DNA of 64,000 bases from Raillietiella orientalis (GCA_036172245.1 JAYWIR010000004.1:1736001-1800000), one strand, 5' to 3'. Shown: positions 1 through 13,249, counted from the first letter of the stretch. Notes: generated from the sequence alone by a model not told the origin. A program made the numbers and translations.

Positions 1-129
1 AAAAGTAAACAAACCTAACCACATCAACAGAGCAATCCATGAACCATGAATCTCTGCTGAGAGAAGCGGTTTGCTCTCTGCAAACTCCTCTCTCCGTGAT
101 CGGCACACATTTTCAAAGTGCTGCACTTA

Positions 130-1560
130 CCTTGTGTTGATTTAAAAGGCAAATTTCGAAAAACTTTGAAAGATTTCTCAGGTGGATCAGAAAAAAAAAA
201 AGCAGTGAAACCAAGAATCAAATCTCACTCGGAAATGGTATAAAAGAAAAGTAATCCAGCGATGCTTTTTGCATTTTTGTCTGATCTGAGGATCTTTGCA
301 AATGATGAGGTAATTTTCGGCATTCCGCCTCCCCAAGGCAATTTCGATGATTTTCAACTTTAGAACAAGCAGTGCAGTTTATGGCTTTGTTTATATCTGA
401 CTGGCATAGTAAGATCAGAACAGATGAGTGACCAGAATGATAACGATGCTGGTGATTATCATTTTGGACTCTTATGATGTGCTCCCATCTTCGGTCCTGG
501 AGTGTTCTTTGGCTTAGTATTGTAAGGCCAGGGTATATTGAGTCCATAGCATTCCTTAATCATTACACAGACTCTGCACGGCATATTAATTAGTAAATCT
601 TAATGTGGAGGGAAAAACTTCCGGGCATTCACTCCCGGCAGAATCGTGAATGCAACCACAACGCAACTGTATTTCAAAGCCTGCAGTTCCGACGTGTTCC
701 GAGAGATGGCAATGGGAACTGAAGTTTTCTCGATGAAACTACCCTTCGCAATTCAATGCCAGATTTTTCGAGTTATCGCTTATGCACATAAAGGAAAATC
801 ATGCTGATGAAAACTGAAGGTGGTGTGCGGTTCCCAGTCGTTCGCACAAACATTGAGGGAACAAAAGCACTCGGGAATGTGGGATGATGAAAAGCAGGTA
901 GCTATAGCAACCACGTAATCTCTGTCTTGCGGATTCCATTTCTGGATCTGTCAAACTGGCTTTCGGATGATGTTGGCGGAGATACCAGAAAGTTGAAATC
1001 AAAAACGAAAGGGGGACTTCTGGGTTTTGGAAGCTGGATGTAGTTCTCATAGCATCTTATCGCTCCCTGTGCATGAGATTACGCTTTAAGGGTCACTGTC
1101 TCGTTCTTATTTCTGTTTTCGCTGAAGCCCCTGAGATTTATTCGTCCGATGTTATCTTCGTTTCCGGCTCTGCTACGCTTCGTGGGTCCCTGTATTCAAC
1201 TGACGGTTCTTGTAACCCTCCCATCTTGCCTCGGAGAATTCAAGCGAACCTGTCTAAGGACGCGTCCTTCGGAAACAGTCCGAGATCAGGAAGACGTGGA
1301 TACCAGCCCATATCCCAGACCTAACTCTTAGCGAGCTCCATATCTGACGGTGTTGATTTCGGAGAATTGCAAATTGAGGAAGCTTTCCGCCTCCTCCGTT
1401 GGATGGGTGACCCCACTGTCGTACGTGACATGTGAGCGTTCCTGCGCAGAGCCATCTCCAGGCAGACATTCCAAACGGGATCGGTTTGCAGAGGCGATGG
1501 GGAGTTATCTTGGCGGAGCTCAGACGCCTGCCGTTTTCCCTGGCAGTGGAATGGAACAAA
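130..1560 (-). mobile_element. Decayed non-LTR retrotransposon RT fossil (CR1/L2-like)
   Basis: Collinear degenerate RT motifs across frames: CKPIPFGMSAW (~GPDGIPAW), PSDMELAK (~PSDWKLAK), LRQVRLNSP (~RPISLTS), GFSENR, FDF..LVS, FPQC, SFIEKTS..SRNTSELQ (~FVDDTT), VNARK, YPGLTI..WEHI (~YLGLTI), LPHHL..QKASL (~LPQYL..QKRAL). Confidence 0.6.
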
Positions 1561-2599
1561 GGAAGGAGCCATGTCAAGTTCCGAGCCACAAGTGGACTTA
1601 GAGGCAAAGATCCATCTAGTTCAACAGTCCTAGTGCCAAGATGGAAGGAGACCTTGCCAAACAGCTCATCCCCAGTGTTGGCCACATATCCCCGTGGCCC
1701 AAGGATCGTTCCATAAGATAGGAGACATGAACATACAGAGATCACGTCGCCATTTAGCGAACTCATCTCTTCCTGGAGAGCTGTGCGATTTGCATTGTTC
1801 ACGAGAACTGGACCCCTGAACGAGATGGTCAGGCGGAAATCTCGGTTTTCGAGCCATGCATTGCCCGGAGTGGATGCTCAGCCTCCATACGGGTTGAATC
1901 CTTGGGCCGTTTTGTACTGAAGCGAAAAGCAGCGTATGCCACTGAGGAGGAATCAAGGGCAGCTACCAGGAAACTCTGTGGTCTGCACCTCGTTCGGATA
2001 GAGAGTAAGAGACGAGCGTTACAGATAGAGTAGCTTCACGTCCATCCGACTCTCGGTGGACCATTCATAGAGTAGGAAGAAAATTCGCTTCCTTCTCTCC
2101 ATCCACTGGATGCAGATGACCGACGGACAGCTGATGTTCCCTGTAGTTTCCTGTTGTATGGAGACCTAAGGAGAAGCCAGCTGGTTAGCACGGAATCTCC
2201 GAAGAGCTTCCATTCAGATCTAGAGTCTCGTTCACAGCATCCTTACCTCATTTTCTATGCTGAGCCTCTGAGCTCGTTTCTGTGGAAGCTCGCAACCATC
2301 GCGTGTTGAAGAACTTCATGATCGGAGCTGTTGCGGGCTGGAATCTTGAATGGAATCGTATTTCCTTGCCTACTCCCAGTACCAAGGAGCATGCAAAATG
2401 GGTCACCGGGATCTCAGGGATGCGTCTCTATCTTCCAGAAAGATTCTTTCTTTCTTTGCGATTTTTTTTCTCTCTCTCTCTCTCACCGCTCTGGCGAAAC
2501 TCGGACATCAGTAAAGATCGCTGCAGGAGGGTCAGCCGCCTACAAGAAATCTCCAAGCAGAAGAAACAAACAAGCAATCTGTACGCTGAGTTGATCCCT

Positions 2600-3410
2600 G
2601 TTGATTCATTCTGATGGTTTATGCAGCTTCCCCGCGGTTTGTTGGGGATGAGGTGGACAGGGGTGGGAGCCCCTCTGAATCGAGGTTGAATCATCCGTAA
2701 GAATGAGATGAGGCTGATTTTCGGAGAGGCGGAGGGGGAGGAACCTGTTTGGCGTTTCATGCTCAGAGTCGAGAGGACTCCACCAAAAGCCGCTGCGAGA
2801 AGCAGGAAGAGTAGCACACGTGCCAAAGTTCCCGAGATGGAGTGCACGCGTGGCGTGGTTCCTCTCAGGAAAGAAGGGGCACGAGGCCCGTCGGGGCAAA
2901 AAGAAGGAAGATAGAAAAGCGAAGACGGGATGCTCGAGCGTTGACGAAGCGCGAAGAGGAAGAGGGCAGGCAAGGAGCAGCAAACTCGTTCGGGAAGACG
3001 AATGGGAAAGCAGAAAGCGTGCAGCTGCACGTGGGGGATCGAGGAGTCGGTTGAGCTCACGAAGATGCGAACCGCTCGCATGTCGCAACGTCTCTCCGAC
3101 CCGCACGGAAAAAGCGAACCGATGGCTACCCAGATAAGTCGGATGTCCTTGCTGGTCCGGCATCCCGACGTCCAGGCTCCGTTCTCCGCTTTGAACTGAG
3201 GAAGGCAATTGGACGGTCACCACTGCTCCCCAGACACCTCGGAGCCGAAGAGGTACGAAGGCTGAAACGAATGAAGAAGCGCCGAGGACGAAGAGCGCGA
3301 GCCGTGGTGTCCGAGGCTGCGCATCCCACGAGAGCCTTTTCGAACCACTCGCTGTTGCGTCCAGCCTCCAGGCTTTCATTAAGTGCGATCGATAGCGTCC
3401 GTTCTCCACG
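2600..3410 (-). mobile_element. Decayed LINE RT C-terminal fossil (I-clade-like)
   Basis: In ORF 2606..3409: HPTYLG, TSLLLL...SSTLEHPVF (~TLLLLY..RSTLEY..W) and HATRALHLGNFGT (~ALRL.LGAFRT), in the expected order. Confidence 0.55.
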
Positions 3411-4099
3411 CCGTTAATTAGCTCGCCATGCCTTCTTCCAGTAGTTCAGATTCCTTCCCTCAGGAATGCAAATTATAGGACTGCGCCACCTTTCTCTCTC
3501 TTCCTTTCTTCTTTTCGGTAGCTGGCTTGAAAGCAGAGGCAGACACTTGGAGACGAGAAGAATGCCGAATGTCACGTTTCGCCCAAGTTTGCCGCAAACT
3601 TTGGCCGCACGAAGTAACGGTCGCGAGCCGGTCCGAAGCGTCCGAGGAGCGCGGCCGGCCAGCCGACCCGATCTCGTTTTCGGGTCTCCGATTCGCTGCG
3701 GTCCATGCCGAGAACAGAGGTGGCGTGCCCCTCCCCCTCCTTCGCGTTCCAGACGACGGGCAAAGCAGTGGCTGATCGGAGATGGACCACTGAGGAGTGT
3801 GGACGAATGAGCGGAGCGCACGCTCACCCCCAAAGAACCACTGTCACCTGGAAACCGGTCCGTCAGCACCCCGTCTTCGACCCTCCACGCGCGGGAGAAC
3901 CCTGCCCCAGGGAGAGAGCATCGTCTTCTGCCGCCTCCTCCACCCCCCGGTGCGGGATCGACCCCGCCGGAGATGCTGCTGCAGCGCTCTGCATCTCGGA
4001 CAGGCGGCGGATCCGAGACTAGAAAGCACGAGGATAATTGATGGTGCCACAGCCGGGTCCATTCGTAGCCTCCTCAGCGATTCACCAGTCCGTACTCCC

Positions 4100-5200
4100 G
4101 TTCGAAGGCGTAGTTGGAGCTTCCGAAGAATCTGCGGAACACCGCGAAGAAGTGGGAAGGGGAGAGGAAGAAAAGGAAACCGTCACAAGGCGCGCGTATT
4201 TCGCTGAGAGCCTGCGCTCACATTTCCCGGCCGGCTCTGCAAGGCCGGGGAGAGCGCGAAACGCGAAGAGCGCCGGGAACAGGAGAGCAGCCGAGATTCC
4301 CCATCCTCCGCGAGGAAGAATCGGAGGCTGCACCCTCGACGCTACCTCGGCTACGTGGGCAAAGAGCAAGCGATCCTCTACCCCAAGAAAAAGGGATTCA
4401 TCCGAGGAGCTGCTGTGCACGTATCTGGAAGGCGGCGCTCGTGGTTCCACTCGGTGGGAACCAGAGGGAATTGGGGCCTCGAGCGCCAGAGATGAAAAGG
4501 AAGGAAAGGGGGGGTCTCCAGGAGGAACTCCGATTGCTCTTGCGGCACGCGTGGGAGAAAGGTGGTCCGGGTCAGGCATTGCTGGATGAGGAAGCGACCG
4601 CTGGCTCGGGAAAGGGCGGGTCGTGACCTTGGGCGGAGTCTGACCCAGGAGGCGGCCGCCTCGACCCGCACTCGCGGCTGCTAAGCGCCGCTCACCAGCT
4701 AATTCCGCCTTCTCGGGATGCGCATTCGGATTGCCACGAGGAACGGACCCGATGGAAGGGACCACCTGCCCACGCAGGTTTGAACACGTGGTGGGCAGGA
4801 CTTTCCCCTGGTGCTGCCCTACCAGCGGTGCTCTCGTCGAGGAGGCGCCGGTGCCTCCACGAGAGCAGAAGAAAGAGTTCATCTTCGGGCGTCCGCGAAG
4901 CACCTTCTCTTCGGTGCTCTGCAGCTTCCCACCCCATCCTCCTCAGTCCTGACCTTTCTTCACTCCCTCACCTCACCCATGAAAGGGAAGGTGGTATCGG
5001 CGAGCTCCCGAGATCAGTCAGCGGGTGGGCGCCGCAAGCCGATGGCCATACTCGTGGAGGAAGAGGTCAGGTTGGCGCTGGTATCGGCGTGGGAAGTTGA
5101 CCCTGAAGGGTGAGACAAACGAGAAGGAAAGAAACAAAGAAACGTCGAACCGTTGGGGATCCTAGAACCTGCCCGAGAGACCGAAGGAGGGAGAAAAGGG
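4100..5200 (-). mobile_element. Decayed LINE RT fossil
   Basis: RAGSRIPNG, CLTLQGQLPT, DLGSSPI, then GVPPGDPPFPSFSSLAL (~GVPQGDPLSPLLFSLAL), SSDESLFL and AKYARL, in collinear order. Confidence 0.45.
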
Positions 5201-6599
5201 GGGAGGGGTGAATTTCCCACGGCCGGTCTCCTATCGAGTTCCTGCCTACCTCGGCCACCGTGGTCCGTCCGCACATCCGCGTCTTCGCTCTCAGAGGCCT
5301 CGAGGGTTAATGGGGCGTTGCGCGAACCCTTCCCCACGGGGGGAAGGGGGATCTGTGTTGGAGTGCTTAGGATCAAAGCACGCAAGGTCATCGGAAATGA
5401 ATTCATCTGCGTTTTCCTCAGCATGGTTTGTGCAGTGGTTTCCAAGGGGCGCTCCGAATATTCTGGAAAGTATTGAAGAAATGCCAGACGGCGCTGATGG
5501 TGGTTGACTCAGAAAAAAAAGGGGGGGGAGGGGAGGATTGAAGGGAAGGAAGTGGAGGGATATGGAGAGCGACTTCCGGACAGAGGGAAGAGAGGAACTT
5601 AGCTCTGTCCGGATGCCGAGCACGTTTCCATAGGAACGGCGCTAACTCGGTTACCTGAACCTGGACGTGCAGAGGGAGTTTGCCGGGCCACAGCAGGATA
5701 ACTGACGTCACCACCCCCGCTTCGGCAGCTCCTCGGAAGGTTCCTGGCACACGCCGTCGTTGCCTTTCGTCTCCACGATCACATCCGCCTCCTTCGGCTG
5801 GTCGGGGGTGGGAAGTATTTTGGGTTTGAAGACTCCTGCTGTCGCCCAAATTCTTGGAGAAATGCCTGAGGTATCCGAGCTCACCAGCTTCCCCCCCCCC
5901 CTTTCTGAACATCCACCATCACTACCCTTTTCCCCTTCCTCGTCCTCTGTCCTCGACCATGATGGCAAGAAAAAACTCGGGGGTCCGCCGACCTCGTCGC
6001 CACAGACGCCACGACTCCTCTCGCCGAGGAACGGAGTGGCTTTGATGACAAAAAAAAAACCTCTCTCGGATGCTCCCGGGTGATGAAAAAGGCGTTGGGG
6101 AGAAGGGGATGGGGGGAGGGAGTCGGCAGCTGCTGCGCCCGGACTGCCGGCCGCGACGCGGAGACGATCGCAGTCCCCACGGAAAAACGCTGCCTCGCGG
6201 ATCCGCTCTCTTCCCCTTCGCCGTCTTTCTTGGAAACGGGGGCTCGGAATTTCCCCCCTCCCAGATCTTCAGACTCCGCAGCGGTCACCTACCGACCAGC
6301 CAGCAGCTCTGCTGGGGTCGTTGCCCCTTTGCACCACCGCATTCTCCACCCTCCTCCTCCAAATTCCGCCCGGCCACTATCTGCGCCCATCCATCCTCCC
6401 GCAGGGATGGCCCCCTGTTCGACCTCACCCCGTCACCACCACCACCATCACCCTTCTCCTTGGAGGGAAACTCGAAACCGCCCGCAGGCAGTCTGAACAT
6501 TTGCGTTGAATCCGCCTTGTCCTTCCCCGGGACGGGAGGTGGCGTGTTACAATGTAACACATTGTTGAAAGAAGAGGCTCTTCTGAAAGGAAGGCGAGC

Positions 6600-7450
6600 A
6601 GAGGATGGGGCGGTGGAGCGAGGAGATGCAAAGGGTGGCAGAACGAGGCCCCGGTCGTGTCCTGCCCGAGGACGACCCGCAAAGAGCCCGAAGGAACGTC
6701 CCTGCTTTCCATCCGCTTCGCAACAGTACCCGGACGTAGGCAAAGGGCAGGACGGAGCTCGGAAAGGAACGGTCTCTTCGAAAGGGCGCGGCGCCCGGAC
6801 AGCGCCGGGAGCCTCCTCCGTTCTTCGTGAGGACGAAAGCTCCTCTCGGACGGTGGCGGCAGCCGCGAGGGAAGAATTGCGAGCAGGGCGCCTGGAACAC
6901 CATGAGGGCACCGGGCAGACTCTGAAAAGCGCGCGCCTGCCTGTGAGAGGCGTGAAGGGAGCTTTCCCAGCACGGAGGAGATGGGAGCACGCTTTCCGGG
7001 AGGAGGAGGGAGTAAAGGGGAGGAGGGAATGAAAAAAGGACCCATGAGGGTGACGAGTCGCGGGACGATAGCGAGTGGTAGCCAAGCCAAGCTAGCCAAT
7101 TAGATTCCGTCCCCACCGGCAGAAGGGGCAGCTCTTCGCTCGCTCCGTTCCTCGCACCAACTGCTGCAACAGACGGAGTCAAGAAGCGGCAGCTTTCCAA
7201 AGATGGCGAGTCCTCCTCACCTCGAAGGTCCCGGCAGGGTGCAAAGTGAGAGGGAACGGCGGCCGCGAGATCGCGGGCGTTTCCGTTCAGGAGTAGGAAG
7301 ACTCCTTCCTGGACCACCGTCGTCGCCAGGAAGGTGAAGGGAAGTCCTCCTTCCATCCTCTATCCTCCGGGACGCATCCGGAATGAGACGGGCGACCTCC
7401 CTGGATGTCCCGAGGTCGTGCGGAGGGTCTGAACTTGTGTCAGGTGACCT
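6600..7450 (-). mobile_element. Decayed LINE RT fossil (R1/LOA-like)
   Basis: REVARLIPD, VVQEGVF (~CL.EGVFP), SLESCR (~SSYRP), RYRP, QARAFQSLP (~D.RNAFNSLP), PSSVLP (~PQGSVLGP). Confidence 0.42.
7372..7434 (-). repeat. 63-bp inverted repeat, copy 1 (partner 8921-8983)
   Basis: Its reverse complement matches 8921-8983 at 60 of 63 positions. Confidence 0.95.
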
Positions 7451-8900
7451 CTAGGGTCGGGAAGGTGCTAACTGCTGCCTCCATTTCACCGCGCTTCCCC
7501 AGATTCACCGTCCCTCCAGATTTGCCTTTTCTCCTCCTTCCTGTCTCCTCCCGGTCTCCTGCCCCCTCTCCCTTTGAAGAACTCTCCAAGAACCTCCTTC
7601 TCTCCTCTTGCATGCTCGAGCCGCTTTCCCCCAACCCATGGGAACCAGGTGGGGAACGCGCCAAGAGAGCAGCACGCCCAAAGTGTGTGGTCTACCCCAC
7701 ACCACCACACACATCCCTTTTTTTTTTTTGGCTCCCTTGCCAGCCTTCCTTCCTCTTCTTCTGCTCCCCTTCCTAAGTTTGGCTCCTGAGCAGATTCCGG
7801 GCCTGCTCATGCTTGCCCCTTCGTTGTTGCACGAATTTTATTTCGATGGACGGCCCGACACGGTTCCGGACGAGGTTCTCCCCTCTCGGCCACCAACGCA
7901 TGTGTGGATCGGAACGTTTCGTTCGTTATGTGCTCGCTTGGCTTTTTTTTTTTTTTTTTTTTCCGATTGGACGCGCGTGAGCATTTGGACGCCAGAGGAG
8001 GGGACACGGCGGCGGGAGGCAACTTGGAAGCGACTACATGCTCGCTCAGGTGTATCGCGCAGAGAGGGCACGGCGAGGTGGTCCGGCAAGTGGTCTCGGG
8101 GGCTCTTGGGGCTTGGCGTAGGGCGAGGGCGGCAGCACCTCGGTGCGCGCAGACGCACCGTGCTCTGCCCTTCCTTTCGCTTCTCCCTTCACCTCCCTTC
8201 AACGAAACGGCGAAGAGTTGCCGGCTCAGAGGTCTCCGGGAGCTCTCGCGGTCCACCCGGGGGAGTGAGGGAGAGCTCAATACACTTCTCACCCCCTGCT
8301 ACCCTCTCGGAGAAGGTTCTCTCCCTCGGAAGCGGCTCTCGAAGCCGCCGAGCACGCTTACCCGGTGACCAAGGTGGTCGCGTCAGTTCCATCAGACCCG
8401 TGCGCGCAGCGTCCCCCTTGAGCGGCCGGCCACGCCCTGGGACGAAGTGCGTGGTTGGCCTGTGTGCCTCGGTGGGGAGATGATCTTCCCTCCGTCCGGC
8501 TGGGGGTGGATAAGGGTAGTATTTCCCTTCGAGCTTGGAGTACGGGAAGGAGGGAACCTTCCTTGGGCTCCCGGTTCACCTTGCTCCAGCTCGGGAGCAC
8601 CAGACACACTCCGGAACACTCACGCACCTCTCCGCAAGAGGCAGACCTCGGGGAAGGGATTGAGACTCTCTGGACTCTCTTCCCTTCTCTGAGAGCACTC
8701 GGAATGGACCGGGAAGTCTCCCTTGACCTCTCACTGTCGAAACAGATCTTGCAGACAGGAAGGGAAAATCACGGGCTTACGTTGGTCTCGTTACAGCGCC
8801 TTCCCATGGAGGGCGCGTCCGTGCCCGCCCGAACTTCTGGTTGGCACTACTGCCGATCCCCGGAAGCAGGTGGAAAGAGAGAATAAGAGGAATTAGTTGC

Positions 8901-8919
8901 TTCTTGACCCCCTCCTCTG
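8901..8919 (+). repeat. 19-bp exact direct repeat (partner 9872-9890)
   Basis: TTCTTGACCCCCTCCTCTG at both positions. Confidence 0.95.
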
Positions 8920-8920
8920 C

Positions 8921-8983
8921 GTTCAGACCCTCCGCCCGGCCTCGGGGCATCCAGGGAGGTCGCCCGTCTCATTCCGGATGCGT
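8921..8983 (+). repeat. 63-bp inverted repeat, copy 2
   Basis: gttcagaccctccgcccggcctcggggcatccagggaggtcgcccgtctcattccggatgcgt, with 3 mismatches to the reverse complement of 7372-7434. Confidence 0.95.
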
Positions 8984-11900
8984 GTGGACGATCTCTCTGG
9001 AGGACCCTAGCATGAGGCAGCATGAGGACAGTCGTGGAAGTCGCCAAAGTCAACGCCCACCCGGGTTCCATAGGAATCCATTGCGCCGACAGCCCCACTT
9101 GCGTGGCCTGGAGAGATGAAAGGAGAGAGCCCCGAAGAAGAAGGAAAAGCGAAGGACCGATTGGTTCCTCTGGGCGAGGTTCCTTGCGACAGTGGCCCCT
9201 ACCCAACCGATTGACTTCGAATCCTCTGGGCGCCCGGTCCACCCAATGAAAGGCGGGGTCGCTGAAAAGGAGGACTCGTGGCTTCTCGTCCAGAAGTGCC
9301 TGGGCCTCGTGCCGCTCCCGAATGGGAAACGGGACCTTTCCCTAAAGGGGAGGAGAGAGGGATCCGGCTAGATCGCTTCGGAAGCTGCGCATCGCTGCGT
9401 CACTCGAAGGCCACGATCGGCCGAGAACTCCCATGGCAGAGTCTCCTCAGCCACGGGTCTCAGCAGAATTTTCCTCTCCCTCCTTCCCTGCAACTGCAGC
9501 TGAATCTCCGAAGAGCAAGCAGGCGTGGCGCCCATTCGCTGCCTACCTTACCCCATCTTCCCTTCCCCGCTTCCGCGGAAAGTCACGCAGGCAAGCCAGG
9601 GGTGAGAGATGAAGGGCTCCATGAGTCAGTCAGCTAAGCCGTGCCCGCAGGGTCTCCGTGCTCCCGTGCTATGCAGTGCCGCGGGAGTCACGCGCGCCTC
9701 GCGCTGTTGCCCTGAGAAGCTCAGTCAAGATCAGGGATGCGACGAAGCATCCCGACCCGCCGCAGCAGAGGAGGATGTTTTGGGATAAGATTTCACGCAG
9801 AGGGGGCGCGCAGTTGGTCCTGGGAGGCGATCAGGAAGCGTCTCTCCCCAGGTGCAAGCAGCGGGAGGGCTTTCTTGACCCCCTCCTCTGGAACAACTCG
9901 AAATCCGCTAGCCGGAATCTTGAAGTTTCGTGGCTCTCGACTTCGAGGTTCCTCTCCTCCGCTCCCCCCCTTTCATTCCCTGGTCCCTCGAATGCCACTC
10001 GTTCGCGATGGCCCGAAGCGTCTCCAGCGTGAATCCAAAGAGCTCCCCCTCCCCTTCCGCTTGTCGGTAGCTAGGAGCGCCGGGGATAAGCGGACCGGAT
10101 CTTTGCAAAGGCCAGGCGGCCCCGCCTGTTTTGCTCGGGATGGTGCTCTCGAGATGATCCTCCGGAAGCTCACGAGCTCTGATTCGCTCATCTCCATCCT
10201 CCTCCTCGCTCAAGGTTTTCCTACTGCAGCGACCGGAAGGAAAAGGAGGGGGGGACGAAAGGAAAGCAACAGAAGGAAATATCCGGTTCCGGGGTAGCAG
10301 CAGATCAGAGGGGGGAGGAGCCTACGGGGGTAGCAGCCGAGCGTGCATGCTTTGTTTGAACAGGGAGCATCGAAGCTCCGGGTCTCTCTGCTACGTCACG
10401 TGCCACGGATTTTCGGTCACGTGACAAAGTCGAAGACGCCTCCAGTTTGCCGGAAAAAGTCCCAGTTGTTTGAGGAGCCATAAGAGTGCAAGAGTTCGCG
10501 ATCCCTTACCGTAAACATAGAGTGCAGCGGTCACTTCGGGCACGTGATGTTGCCAGAGAGCAGGGAAGAGGAGGCAGAGACGGGGAGAGAGAGCTCTTTC
10601 TGCTAGCGGACTTTCGGCCGTTCCCTCACGAAATTCTTTTGGGGGAGATCTGGTCCAACCCTGAACGCAGCTTCCCCCGGTGTGTTCCCCACCTCAGCTC
10701 AAAAGGTAATTTTGCCGGCGTCCGTGTCCACTCTGTCGGTTTCATTTTGCCAACAGAGACTTTTCCTGCTTCAGTTTTCCTCCGGCAGATGGCGCTGCGG
10801 ACCGCATCCACTGCTTCAAACACGTGCTGGTTGTGCAAGCAAATCCATCGCACCGCTCTCAACTGCCGCTTTCGTGTGTAACTCGCGAGAGCGAACCGTC
10901 CCTTCGAGGTGGCACGAATCCGAGTCTGCAAATCGCCTCTTGGCCGAAACAGCAACTGCCACATCCGGCGCGCATCCGCTCTGTGGCTGCGTGCCATCAC
11001 AGCGCGGGGATCCCCTCCCGCCGCCATCTCTCTCGTTGCGTCCATCTCTTGTGGCTTCCGCCGCGCTGTGCTCCACCTGGGCACTTCCTTTAGCTCACGC
11101 CGAATTTCGCGTGTCCGCCCACCTGCTTTTCCCAAAATGAAGAACAAATCGAGGAACTCTTCGAGTTGCTTCTCATTTATTTGTCAGAGTCCATCTGCCA
11201 CATTCACGTCTTGATGGATTTCAGTTCACAGGTGAAAGCATTGCCAGCTCTTGTGGTGTTTCTCTTTCTCTCTCTCTCTCTCTCGCCAGCGCTCTTTGCA
11301 AGATTTTTTGTATTCTTTGAAGGACCAATTCACGTCTCGAACTGCCCTTGCAAGAAAACCAACTCGATCACCAACGTCCAATTCTTTTTTTTTTTTTGTT
11401 TTTAATCGCTTTTTTGTATATGTGTGTGTGTATTTGCAACGAGATTTGTACTCTCACGCGAAAAATTCCTCATTTGATGTACTTTGATGACCTTTAAATG
11501 TCTTCGATGGCTGTCAAAATGGACGTACTTTCCGGTTCCTTGTATATCAGGCCTGTACAGGAATCGAATGCACACGTATAATTTACAGCACTCATCTCGA
11601 GGCTCAGAATTTCGTGATGCCGGCATGTTAATTTGAGTGATTTTAGAATAGGATAGTGGACCTCGGAGTACCACGTGTACAGCTGGTTTGATCGATGGGC
11701 ATTCATGCAGCTCCATTCTTTTCACCATCCTACGCCATCGCTGCTGTTACCAGTTGCTCCGACGCCGCTGTCTTCTCGTTTTCACAGCACTCACAGGATC
11801 ACGATGACGGACGTCAACGATTCTCAGCATGCATCAGTGATGACAACGCCGTTCATTACGTGCTTTCTGGACCCCTGCGTTCGGTGTGAGAGCGCGGGTC

Positions 11901-12049
11901 GTGTTGAAACGAACGGGCGGCAAGGAGCCCATGAAGGATCTCGTGAAATCTGAAAAGCAACGCGAAAGGATTGAAGGGGAACACTCACGATAGGAACAGG
12001 AGCGCGCCGGGACCGACGTGAATCCTGCCGACACCTTCAGGAGGAATCG

Positions 12050-13130
12050 AATGCTCTAGGCAAGTTCTGGTCACACCTGGCGTCTCCGCATCGCTTCCTG
12101 CGCGGCGATCGATCTTTCTTCGAGAGCCTTTCCTCACTTTCTTCTGATCATTCGGTCAATGGGAGGAAAGGAAACGGCGTGGCGGAATTTGGCCACGACA
12201 GCACACCACTCAGGAAGAGAGGACTTTGGACGAGTCGCACGTGCAAGACTCTGGAAAAGACACGATCCGTTCTTCGTGTTTGCCAAGCTCCTCATGCTGG
12301 CGGCGGCTGCAGCTCCGTTCGGCTTTCGAACGCGGGGGAGTTCCCGGAGAATCTCCCTACACATGGTAGAGGGCCCACTCATCGGATTCACACTGGGTTT
12401 GCGTGAAGTTGGCAGTGGAACGTCTGCACCTTCGCCCACCCACCCCCATACAGCGCTCCTCGGAAAGTCACGCTGGTTCCTGACATCGAAAGTGATGGAA
12501 TGGTTCCCACTTTTCGATTGTCTGTCTCGTCAGAGTCGAGGCAGCAGATGGTCTCCGATGTTCGAGGCTTGTTCCGCCTCCTAGCTAGCACCGAGAAGAA
12601 CATCTGCTAAGAGTCCTCCCTTCATTGTTTTGATCTGCTAGGCTTTTCAAAGGGTCATCTAGATTTCCAGTAGATTCAGACACCGCTCAGGATTGAAAAT
12701 TCGCATTGGGCTTCGTTGCAGTGAGTTTCGAGACAGTCTGTAAAGGTCAGCGATGCCTTTCGGAGGAAGGACTAGCTTTCGCCTCCCTTTTTCCCCCATA
12801 CTTTCAAGGGTCGGAGGGGATTCGTCCATGCGGCTTCCAGATCCGTTTTTAAGTCGTTCCCTCACTTCGATATGGGGGGAGCGCCTATTTTGTGCTCCAC
12901 GCGGCATTGTACGGAGCTCCTCGAACCTCAGCTCGATCAGGTACCTCAATCAGCTCGCAGCACTCTTTGGTACCGAAGCGGCCATCCATGTCGGTAGCGA
13001 GCTGGTACTTGACATGCCTTCGGAGCCGAACGCTGAAAGCGATCATTAACTGAAAACCTCTTGAGGAGGCAGTTGCGCAGTTTCGGATGAGTTATCTCGG
13101 CACGTAGGCACGGGGCTACATTTCATCGTC
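12050..13130 (+). mobile_element. Decayed LINE RT fossil (I-clade-like)
   Basis: TAWRN, TSRTCKTLEK (~TSCLCKTLER), PFGFRTRGSS..LHMVE (~QFGFR..RST), DIESDGMVP (~DIEKAFD.VP), CSEFRDSL (~CSLFADDL), WYL, LKTS..VISARRHGA (~LKTSC..VLS.RSWGA). Confidence 0.58.
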
Positions 13131-13249
13131 AAAGAAAGACGGACACGCTGGCGCACGTTTCCGATCCGACGCATCTTCTCACCGCCTTGAGGAGATGCTT
13201 TTTTCTGCCTGCTCCTAGAGGTTACTTCTTCGATAACTTTGGGAATCCT

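Larger units (their letters stand above)
8680..10200 (+). mobile_element. Decayed LINE RT fossil (I-clade-like) carrying an internal ~83-bp insertion
   Basis: RALGMD, EGASVP, LLPIP, RIRGISC (~YRGISL), PGFHR/HCADS (~GFR.GRSCAD), IDFESSGRPVH (~IDFEKAFD.VH), HGSQQNFPLPP (~GVPQGSPLSP), FGIRFH (~LGI.FD), FLTPSSGT. Confidence 0.52.

Noticed and set aside
7372..8983. Reading the 63-bp inverted pair as terminal inverted repeats of a 1.6-kb DNA transposon
   Set aside because: No target-site duplication (flanks ctccggg / gtggacg), no transposase trace, and RT-fossil motifs continue across both ends.
8921..8983. tRNA/SINE-like B-box (GTTCAGACCC) in the repeated 63-mer
   Set aside because: No A-box or cloverleaf can be built, so it is not called as an RNA gene.
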